From positions 1 to 64,000 of the forward strand of contig NOWV01000212.1 of assembly GCA_003344405.1 (NCBI GenBank): 64,000 nt of DNA. The letters run 5' to 3'. This stretch comes from Trichoplax sp. H2 (lineage: Eukaryota). Position numbers and translations under genes: made by a program. Of the stretch, positions 53,801 through 64,000 are shown piece by piece. The notes beneath the pieces are model-generated. The model saw only the letters and a program-made list of their open reading frames with translations, ran no database searches and had not been told where the DNA came from. Positions within the stretch are counted from its first letter, which is position 1; each line of letters opens with the position of its first letter.

Positions 53801-55382
53801 ATTCTTTCTTCAACTCGTCATCGCTGAGCTTATCCAATAACTTGGTGATATGATCCTAAAAAAATAAATACAATACGATCAAGCAAAGCTCTACTCCCGT
53901 CAATTAAAAAGTGAAGCAAACCGCACCACAATAGGCATCATGTAATTCCGAAGGGTAGTTTCCGTTAAGAAATCGGCACAATTTCCGAATGGCCTGTTAT
54001 ATGTTAATAGCAATAACTAGATCTTTTTCTACGGATTACAGTTCTCTAACAATTTGGTTAATGCTACTTAATAACGTACATACCTATAATCATAGCTATC
54101 GCTAATTACCTGATCAAGGACGCAATGATTGGCACAGTTAGATTGGGTCCATTCAGCACGCGATCCACTACCGATTCAAAGCCACCCAACATTCCAAATT
54201 TATTAATGACATCAACAAGCCAGCCCTGTGTCAGTAAAGCAATTGGAGTTTAATGCCGTTGAATACATACATTAAAGGGTATAAAAAAATGTTCATTTTA
54301 TTAGTTACTTTTGGGAATTTTGAATCAACAGATCTAGCGAATAATTCATCGGCGTTATGGCAGGATGCAACGGTTTCAGACGATTTTGTGCTGTTATGCT
54401 GATGAAATCTGAAAGAACAGCATTAATTTAGATATTGGGTACTTGACAGAAAACGATTACTAGCAATAACAATTGACAGAATTTACCTTGAGCTCGGATT
54501 CATTGCTACAGCTAATAAATCAAGTAACGGCAAAATATCTTGATGAAACGTTACAACGCATAATTCCACCAGTTTCTCAATGTTTTTCACAATTGATCTC
54601 TAATCAATACAGAATTGAACACTATAATAAAACGCCATATCCAACAAGTTGTGTTACGAGGTCAATATTGCCACAACTTGCCTGAATCTCGAATTTCCAT
54701 CCACTCACGGCATCATCGCATAAAATTTTAGTAAAGGATGAAACTAGGCCATCTTTAATAAATCTCTGACAATATTGATGTGCTTCATCTATGATAGTGG
54801 ATAAGAGAGCGTGTGACGGTAAGTTCAAATGTAAGGCAAATACTGTAGATAATATACACAAATAGAGTTCTCTGCCAAGTAAGGCATTACCTGTACATTC
54901 AAATATATCACTTTGTTGGCCAATTTTAATGGAAGACTCTAATAACACCAGTAATTCACCACCCGGTAAAACTGGAACTACCCAACGTGTTTTATTTATC
55001 ATTTCCTCCAGTTTATTAAGTTCAGCGATTGGAAATGTGATTTCTACCTTTGTCATTTCATCACTATCAACTAAGTTGAAAATTAAACAAAGACAATCAA
55101 GCTCCACAGATCAATTAATGGTAAGCGCAGTGAGTAATTTATGCAGCTTGACTAACCTGTTTCGGTATTATCTTGTTTTTCACCTGAAGGAGATTGGATA
55201 GTGCTAATGGTTGTGTTACTGCTGCTCATGGTTGTAGTAGTTGTTGATGTTGTCGTAGTAGTAGTGGATGTATCACTGTTATCTTCCGTTGGGACATCAC
55301 TAGTTGTATTATTCCCAGATGAGTTGGCAGGCTTTGAATTTTTATTATTTTCTGAGCCTGTTACAAGTACTGACACAGTCAT
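41813..55382 (-). CDS. USP9X: Ubiquitin carboxyl-terminal hydrolase USP9X / fat facets ortholog, dozens of short exons
   Basis: N-terminal [28 protein letters not shown] (USP9-type); Cys box [20 protein letters not shown] (~46861-46930); QQDAYEFF; His box [15 protein letters not shown] (~45465-45510); [10 protein letters not shown]-terminal LERSNSAR. The last exon GEYDDIEE...RGSRRN ends at a TGA at 41813-41815. The splice sites checked were GT-AG. The start codon at 55382 is inferred. Confidence 0.95.
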
Positions 55383-58136
55383 GATGCTTTTAATACTGAA
55401 TAAGCAGTGACTGATTGCTTAATTTACAATCAAACACAACCAGATCCTGATAAAAGGTGGTCATGAAAGATAGTTCAACAAATTCAGTTAATAACTTGGT
55501 GTAGAATACGTTGGTAATAATTTTCCAAAGATCCCAAATCCACTATGTCAATTCTGCTAAGTCTTTACCTATGATTGAGAACATCACGAGACAAGTTAAT
55601 CAAGCCTGTGCAGATATTGAAAAAACAGGTTTGTATCACACTATTTGTAAAGGTTAGCCGCTCAATAGTAATTAACCACTAGGCTATACACCAGATAGCA
55701 TAACAATAAGGAATATTGAGCATGGATAAGAAATTAAGAAGGTAATCGATTTAACACAATTGTCCAATTTACAGGCATAGCAAGACATTAGGGGATAATA
55801 CACCTGTAACTGCATGTAACCACAACGATTCATAAAATGATAGAACATCTTTCCCGTTAGGGCATGGAAGACAATGGAATGATGAAGAAAGATGTACCGA
55901 GAAATGTAGCTCTTACTAACTTTTAAGCTAAATTAGTCAGCAACCAAAGTGAATATACCATTAATTGATTGTTAAATAGTATGCATCGTTTCCATGATAT
56001 ATACCTACAAACTACCTACGTCAATGTACAATGTTTAAAGGCCAAGATAGCAGCTATATTGCAAGGTCAATAAAAGATTCTCTAATTATGTCCAAATCAT
56101 CGCTCGTCCAGGGGTGTTTATTGGCTTAATTTAGCACCTATCGGTTGCTATTTCTCAAACCTTTGTAGATGATAGCAGGGGATGAAAATATTGTAACCTT
56201 GACAACTCTGCAAATCTTCAACATTACTACAACTTGATTGATCACTTGAAACGTAAGAGTTGTAGCACTAAAGTACGCTATTGAAATTTTGTAGTCTTGT
56301 CAGAAGAGTCTTAATTATCATTAGCCTTGGCTAATGATTATTACTCCATGTTGACATCACTATACTTGACTTTCAAAGTGAGAAGTATTACACTCTTCAC
56401 TTTTTCCATCATACTAAACAAAACTAAGAAAAAAAAGAACGTGAGAGAAGCATTCAATCCTCCTGTCAGTCTCTTTCATCTACTCCTCATCATGTCAGTA
56501 GCCATCTCCCATGATTATTCGTTAATGATGAATTATTCTTGATCGATCTCTTCAACGTGACGTATTGTCCTTCAAGAGAAAAACTGTAATCATTGCCATT
56601 GGGAGAAATTGGCGTCTTGTAACTAAACTTCATCCGCAAAAGGAAGAATTATCCAATTACAATACTACTCTACTTGGTCATCTCATATTACCCAATTAAA
56701 AATTCATCATGATACTGATTGTCATTATTTGCTTGATTGATTCATTCGTTGCAACGTATTTGTTGTATGCAATACTAAAACACGACGCCTATAAGGTAGT
56801 GGTTTAACTTTTGTAATGTACACGATTGCAATGACTCTAGACTAGATCATAAAGAGTAGAATCATGCTAGGCAAAAAAAGAAATACTTGTCGATCATCAA
56901 GGATATCAAAGTACTGGTTGGCAAGGCATAAAATAATTCAATCCGATGACGAAAACACTTCTTGATGCAATGGGCAATTTGTTCGGACTAGACGTTACAG
57001 TCATGATGGCTTTGGGGTACCAACATACGTACACTGAATGGGGTTCTCTCTCGTTACTACAAGTTTACGTCGGTCTAAACTAACCTTTCAAGTTTGTATT
57101 GCTGGGGTTCTACTCCGTTTAAAGTAGTTGGTTGGTAGGAGAATTGCATCACTAACATCCATTCATTGATCGAAGACTTAGGCCGATGTTGATGGAGGAA
57201 GAAAACAACACTGCCCCATGATGTTGGGGGTAACCCTGCAAGTACCGTTGTTGACACGGTCGATGCTATCGGTGACTCTATGGAAGCGAAAGAAAATAAA
57301 AGTTGAATTGGAAGTGGTTCTTCTTCATTGGACAGACAGTAATGGATGGAGACTATTGGAGAAAAGAATTGACCCTTTGCTATGGCGTCATGAAGACGAA
57401 TGAAAAGTGAAATTAGAATAAGGCTTAGGACGAGTTGCGTCAAGATTCACCAACAATGTTGGAATCCCAATGGAAAGCAATGAAAAATGGCTGCAGACGA
57501 GCCAGTCGATGGCCTATACCACCATTGACATGAATTGAAGAAGGTAACATAGTATGGTATTTCAATCACTACGATAATCTTTATCAAGCGTATTGGATAC
57601 TTTATAACCTTGATCCAGTAGCAGTAAGAGGATTATTTGGGGGTAAAAATGGACAATCATTGATGCAAGGTATTGCAAGTTGTTGGGCCATGATCAAAAA
57701 ATGATCAACTCATTTAATGAATCGCTTAGCGATTGATTCCTTTTCGACAGTAGTCGATGACTACGCTCCATTTATCCTATCTTTGGCCTTGCTGCCATCA
57801 ACTCCAGGTCGATACCCTGTCTTTCAAGGCAAAAATAATGGCTAAATGCAATGGATAGCATGTCAAAGCAGCCATTGCTTTGGCTGCATCTAGCGCCTTG
57901 AGAGTGTCGAGATCGCCATTCGTATCGATTGCCGTCGTTTTGACTCTCTGTTATCCTGCCTACGTCAGTCAGCGCTGTATGATACATTGACCTCTTCCTG
58001 CAAGCCCATTCTGAGTCCGACTGCAGCGACAACGTCGGCCCATGGTTTGATACCCACTGTTGGGCAACACTTTCAACGGCAATCTACTCCTTTTTCAAGG
58101 TGCAACTTGAAATCAAGGCATAACGTGAAAACTTAC

Positions 58137-58260
58137 CTTTAAAATAACATCAATTCTCTTCAACAACGTCGACTCAAGCCAAGCAATGGAAAGGAACTGA
58201 ATCTCCAGTCGTCATGGAGGTGCTCGTCGCTGACAAGAAATGGAGGAAAAGTAGGACAGC
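58137..58260 (-). other. Putative non-coding first exon of USP9X
   Basis: Consensus AAG|GTAAGT donor at 58137/58136; acceptor ttattcag 13 nt before the ATG (exon start 55395). The upstream boundary is a guess. Confidence 0.35.
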
Positions 58261-58399
58261 AGTCAGTACAAGCCCAATTCAACACAGCGATTGTCCAAGG
58301 GGCCGGCAATGGAAACAGCCCATTTGTATGGCTTTAAGCTATGTCTTGCGACATACCCCTATCGGCCAGTCGACTACAGTCCACTCATAACAAATGAAT

Positions 58400-59420
58400 T
58401 CTACAGTCCATATCAGTGCTGCACACTGTAAAATGATAGTACATTGTACTGTGATGGAGGTACTGTAGACTAGGAATGGACTGACCGCTTGCTTGCCCTG
58501 CTTAAACAATGGTACAGTACTAATATCCGTGCTGCACACTGTAAATCGACAGTACATTGTACTGTCGATTTAGGTACTGTAGGTTGACTTGGAATGGACT
58601 GACCGCTAGCTTGCACTGCTTAAACAGTGATACTGATATCGGTGCTGCACACTGTAAACCGATAGTACTGTACATTGTACTGTAACGGAGGTACTGTAGG
58701 TAGACTAGGAATGGACAGACCGCTTGCTTGCCCTGCTTAAACAGTGGTACAGTACAGTACTAATATCCGTGATGCACACTGTAAATCGACAGTACAGTAC
58801 ATTGTAAATCGACAGTACATTGTACTGTCGATTTAGGTACTGTAGGTTGACTTGGAATGGACTGACCGCTTGCTTGCACTGCTTAAACAGTGATACTGAT
58901 ATCAGTGCTGCACACTGTAAACCGACAGTACTGTACATTGTACTGTAACGGAGGTACTGTAGGTTGACAAGGAATGGACTGACCGCTTGCTTGCACGGCT
59001 GGAACAGTAATACTCTGACAGAGCTATACCTAATTTGAACCCTGGTTACGGTATGGTTTGCGACGGTGTACCGTAATACTGTTCTGTCCGTAGTCGGCGA
59101 GGATGATGTTGTACACTACCGTGCTGTACACGGAATGTACAGTACATTGTACTGTGAAGGAGGTACTGTAGGTTGACTAGGAATGGACTGACCGCTTGCT
59201 TGCATTGCTTAAACAGTGATACAGTACTGAAATCAGTGCTGCACACTGTAAATCGACAGTACATTGTACTGTAACAGAGGTACACTAGGAATGGACTGAC
59301 CGCTTGCTTGCACTGCTTAAACAGTGATACTCTGACAGAACTATACCTAATTTGAACCCTGGTTACGGTATGGTTTGCGATGGTGTACCGTACTACTGTC
59401 CCGTCCGTAGTCTACGGTCG
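58400..59420. repeat. ~117-118 bp tandem repeat array (7 unit starts) with alternating A/B variants and 31-bp palindromes
   Basis: ggaatggac(t/a)gaccgc starts at 58473, 58591, 58708, 58854, 58971, 59180 and 59288. An ~85-bp tail (tactctgacaga...gtccgtagtc) is duplicated at about 59011 and 59328. Confidence 0.95.
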
Positions 59421-61229
59421 AGTTGAATGGCCACAAAGAATCATCAGCCTCGGCACTATTTGACACCGAAGGTACCATCGTTTTGCCCCGCTCTCTTCCT
59501 TTCTTCCTTTTTTTTTGAAGAGCCCCTGTAAACAACTGCTGTGGATTTTTCTCCATCGTAATACTGCAATGGTCCACCATCAACTTATTGTGCGCCGTGA
59601 GCAGTACTATGTGCATTTTGAGAGGGAGAATGCAGTTGAAATGACGAGCGGCAACGAGCTAGTCGGCACATCCATCATTGAAGGAGCAAGCGCTGGCAGC
59701 CGCCTTTTCCTTCTTTTTTCAATGTTTTATATACAGTACTGTACAGTACAAGATATTGCTGCATGGAGTAGTCCCTACACTCCTGTATTAGACCGCATCA
59801 GGATACTGAGTAGGAGTAAAATGGACTGGATTAGACCTGAGAAAGGTTCGGTGCAAACCCTTGATGATCTACAATTCTACATGCGTACAGTACTGTATAT
59901 CACTGGATCCTTTCAATTTGTTTCTGTTTTGATCCATTTTGGGATTTTTTTCTACAACTGTGCTAGCAAAATGGACTGATTGTTTTTCACCGTACTGGTA
60001 CCGTACTGGTACCACGGACTTCCAACAGTGCTCTACTGTTTCGTCTGTTCGTACTGTACTGCTCACAGTGTACAGTGTACAGTACCAACAGCACTTTTAC
60101 GTTTTAGTACTGTACTCGACCGAAAGAAGACAAACTCAAATCCTTCACTCGAACAAAGGTGACGTCAATCTGACTCAATCATCGACGAAGCACGTACACT
60201 CGTACAGTCCAAGGTGACGTAGTACTGTCGTATCAACTAGTGCGCAGAAGCACGGATTCGAGGCAGCTGAAATAGCGCTATTGCGCCTTTTTCTCCAAGA
60301 AAAAATGGCGTTCCCCGACGATCAATAGCGCAGTACTAGATTGCTGTAGTCAAAAAAATAAACTAACAGTAAAATTAATCAAGCTGATTTCCCTTTGCAG
60401 ATTCTTTGCAGTACAGAAATGGACTCAGTAGCTAAATTTGGTATACATTATGTTCAGTAGTCTACTCAAGGACGAGCAGAACAAGACTCGGTCTCCTCAA
60501 TAAGCTCAACGTTGAAGGAATGATTATGTTCTACTTAGTCCATCATCACTCGCCCTCGAGACTGTACTTTTTACCTTCCTTCACTTTCCACTGTCTGTGT
60601 AGAATACAATAAACTGAAGACAAAAAGAAGTCTATTATGAGTCTCCTTCTTGTAGTCCTTAAATGAATTCCATAGCAAAGAACAGAAATATGCATCCATA
60701 TAAATGCATTCTTCGATTTTAGGCGTTGTTGTGCATACCACGATGGATGCAGCACTCTGTCTATCATCATAAAGCCATTCAGAATCAGGAACGGACAGCC
60801 ATAAGCCAAGGCTACTAACAGAACTCGTCGTCTTCGAGGTCTTCCATTTTAGTAGTCTTTCAGAATGAAGCTCAATGTCGGAATTATAGGATCATCGTCT
60901 TCTAGCGATCCATAAATAGAGTATGGCCAAAATAGCCGACACTCCAATACTCTACTATACAATACTTACGATCAGGATGGCCGCCTAGTTTGACTGCGAT
61001 GTACATGGATTGATTATTTCTTCGCCACAGAGCTCAGCCTACAGTTTGTACAGACTTTCCAGCATAGCATGTATTTGGTATGCTTCAGTCCAAAATAGAT
61101 CATGACCAAGGTTGTAGGTCTCCACAGACTCCACTGCTTCCCCAATGTACGTGAATATTACCTTAGCCTCTGCAAAATTTCCACGACCGGATACATAATT
61201 GAGGCGAATAAAGCAGAGATGACTAAGAA

Positions 61230-62095
61230 AAATAGGATAAAGACCCACTCCTTAAACGAGAGCACTTTTATAAAAATAGGCTGGTAGCCTGCTCCAAGTC
61301 TCTCCCTATCGCAGAGTCAAATTTTCGTACGCCAAAATGGAGTTGGCTTTTCAATAACGACAAAAACCCGCTCATAGAACGAACATTTTTATAAAAAAAA
61401 ATAGGCTGGTAGCCTGCTCGAGGTCTCTCCCTATCGCAGAGTCAAATTTTCGTACGCCAAAATGGAGTTGGCTTTTCAATAACGACAAAAACCCGCTCGT
61501 AGAACGAACATTTTTATAAAAAAAAATAGGCTGGTAGCCTGCTCGAGGTCTCTCCCTATCGCAGGGTAAAATTTTCGCATGCCAAAATGGAGTTGGCTTT
61601 TCAATAAGGACAAAGACCTGCTCGTAGAACGAGTACTGTTTATAAAAATAGGCTGGTAGCCTGCTCCAAGTCTCTCCCTATCGCAGGGTCAAATTTTCGT
61701 ATGCCAAAATGGAGTTGGCTTTTCAATAACGACAAAAACCCGCTCGTAGAACGAACATTTTTATAAAAAAAAATAGGCTGGTAGCCTGCTCCAAGTCTCT
61801 CCCTATCGCAGGGTCAAATTTTCGCATGCCAAAATGGAGATGGCTTTTCAATAAGGACAAAGATCTGCTCGTAGAACGAGTACTTTTCATAAAAATAGGC
61901 TGGTAGCCTGCTCCAAGTCTCTCCCTATCGTTGGGTAAAATTTTCGCATGCCAAAATGGAGTGGGCTTTTCAATAAGGACAAAGACCTGCTCGTAGAACG
62001 AGTACTTTTAGAAAAATAGGCTGGTAGCCTGCTCGAAGTCTCTCCCTATCGTAGGGTAAATTTTCGAATGCCAAAATGGAGTTGGCTTTTCAATA
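61230..62095. repeat. 121-125 bp tandem repeat array, ~7 copies, two subtypes
   Basis: ataggctggtagcctgctc starts at 61276, 61401, 61526, 61648, 61773, 61895 and 62016. Confidence 0.97.
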
Positions 62096-62851
62096 CCATC
62101 AGCCCGTTTGCATAAACAACACCTAAATGAATGGCTGCTATTGCGTAAGAAGGTTGGCAGTTGGGCATATCTGAAAATACTTCATTGCCATCGATAGTTG
62201 AATAGTAATGTAAATAAAAAATTCAGCCACGGCTTCGTCTACTCTATGTGTAGATGGGCAAGATCTCGACTCACGTCAATAATAAATAGATACCAGTAAT
62301 TAATCCATTTTTATGGTCGAGGAAAGCAAGGAAGGGAAACATGAAGTAAAAATTCGCACGATATAGAAAATTGGGCATAGACCGTACTGGACAGTGTACA
62401 ATATTGAGCTGGAAATTGAAAATGGATTGTTTTACATTAACAGGGTTGATGAGCTTCATTGAACCGAAATACGGTCATGACTACACCTGGAAATATCGCG
62501 TTTTATCCGACTTGAATTTATTTTGAGCCTATCGAATGAAAGGCTATTAATATCCTCGACTACGCCGAAAACAATCATACCTAGTCATCACGTATTGTGT
62601 TATAAAATCTTGCCAAGCAATTACATCTGTAAATACGAGCGAGTATCTAATAAGAAAAGAGTTTATGGATAACGGATTACGACAATCAAACATTAAAGTG
62701 ATTTTATAATCAAGTGATTCCTAGCTTGCAGAATGTGTCCCTTAGTCACAGACTAACAGCATTGAGTTACAAAAGTAAGATTACGATTTAGTCGCAGAAA
62801 GGATCCTATAAAACGCCAGGCGCAAATTTTAATCTTAGAAAATTATAGGAA

Positions 62852-64000
62852 TTAAAGCAGCACAGCTGAAAGGAAATAGATCACAAATAGTAATGCAATA
62901 TTGACAGTTAAGCCGGAAGCACCATTGGGATACGCTTGACTGTCGGACATGGTCATTTTTTGAGATTTTTCATCAGGATAAGCATTGCAGTCCCAAGCCA
63001 AAGCAAGAACATTTTGAGTGGTAGTCGGTAAGCTATATATATTATAAAATGTAACGTTAACTTTTTCTTTCTATCTCAACAGCATTTAATTTTAGATACG
63101 GTATACTTTAGCGAAAGGATGGCAATGGCATCAAGCTATAATAGACGTTATCGCATACTGTCTACCTAGAGCAATTGAATACGTGCATTATGTCACATAA
63201 TGCTAAAGTTTAAAGATAGAATTCTATTCTGTCTAAGCTTGAAAGTGTGATCGAGTTAGAATCTAAAAGTGTTCGCTAACAAATAGATAAAACGAACATC
63301 TTCTGCTTACAGAACGCCGGCAAAGGTGGCGTTAAAATAATAAAATTAGAGTGAACAAATGGCATGAAATGATGCATCATTTCATTTTACTTAAAATCAA
63401 CTTTTCATGAGCGTATCTTCCTCAATTAACTACGGAAATACTACGAAACTAGAATTGCCAACAATCACGCTTGATTCAGGACAGCAATACAACGCCTTAG
63501 ATGCAAAGTATTTCATTCAACAAATTAAAAGTAATATAGCAAAAGCATTCTGCATTACTTACCAGGATATAGCACTTTGACATTGTTGCTTAGTTACACT
63601 GCTAACAATTTTTCGGCGATCAGTGCTACAGAAAGGGATGGTAGTACACGACATCTTGATCCATTTGTCACTGCAAAAGGCAGAAACACCAGCGGCAGCA
63701 TAGCTCGATTTCATTGAGGCAATAATCGCACTTTGTTGATACAAATTAGGTACAACCCACGACGGAAATGCAATATCCTTTGGCAATGGGCCGCAATACA
63801 TGGAATTAATGCTAGCCAGAGATGATTTGACGCAGGTTGATAAAGTAAACTGTTGACCAGTAGATTGGCATATCGCTTGCGTATTTAAACCATTAACATT
63901 GACTAATTTACTACCGCATGTTTTTAAGCCACTACAGGAACGACTAAAATCCAGATAGGTAGCCGATTTGGTATCCGAAGAACACTTTGGCAATGTTCCC
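62852..64000 (-). CDS. 3' part of a second tandem Frizzled-like CRD, GPI-anchor-type gene (5' end outside the window)
   Basis: Exon >64000-63563 (..LPKCSSD..CSGLKTC..C..TC..YCGPLPKDIAFPSWVVP..C..W..MSCTTIPFCS..QC..) splices TG|C to exon 62852-63032 (LPTTTQNVLALAWDCNAYPDEKSQKMTMSDSQAYPNGASGLTVNIALLFVIYFLSAVLL*). Cys pattern and intron position match the gene at 25957-28462. Confidence 0.85.

Noticed and set aside
41813..55382. U12-type or GC-AG introns in USP9X
   Set aside because: All donors I inspected were ordinary GT with no RTATCCTT consensus; not every intron was checked.
43007..55410. Plus-strand ORFs overlapping USP9X (e.g. 44970, 46561, 54929, 55201)
   Set aside because: Antisense shadows of USP9X exons and introns with no independent coding signal.
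56500..58100. Possible transposase or retroelement remnant (ORFs 57075-57443, 57218-57403, 57772-58032)
   Set aside because: No recognisable DDE, RT or integrase motifs and no terminal repeats; a translated search against repeat libraries would be needed.
58339..60217. Short ORFs in the track over the repeat region
   Set aside because: They are translations of tandem repeats and tacagt-rich sequence with no recognisable domain.
58400..62095. Tandem arrays as CRISPR arrays, 5S rRNA genes or hammerhead ribozymes
   Set aside because: Units are wholly repeated with no unique spacers, the context is eukaryotic, there is no 5S or tRNA similarity, and I saw no CTGATGA...GAAA core.

Overview
AT-rich, intron-dense animal genomic DNA with all recognisable genes on the minus strand. 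The short introns and the expansion of intronless rhodopsin-class GPCRs suggest a non-bilaterian such as a placozoan (inference only). Left to right: (1) four tandem intronless class A GPCR genes (3.1-22.5 kb), three of them in duplicated ~6 kb units with conserved upstream non-coding blocks; (2) a 3-exon gene for a 318-aa signal-peptide, GPI-anchor-type protein with two tandem 8-Cys Frizzled-like cysteine-rich domains (25957-28462), with a paralog running off the right edge (62852->64000); (3) a 4-exon selenoprotein T gene (35757-39523) missed by the ORF track, with an in-frame TGA in a CxxU motif and a clear form II SECIS in its 3' UTR; (4) a many-exon USP9X/fat-facets deubiquitinase (41813-55382); (5) several tandem-repeat arrays, including a palindrome-bearing ~118-bp array at the putative USP9X promoter and a 121-125-bp array at 61.2-62.1 kb. 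No tRNA, rRNA, CRISPR array or intact transposase was recognised.
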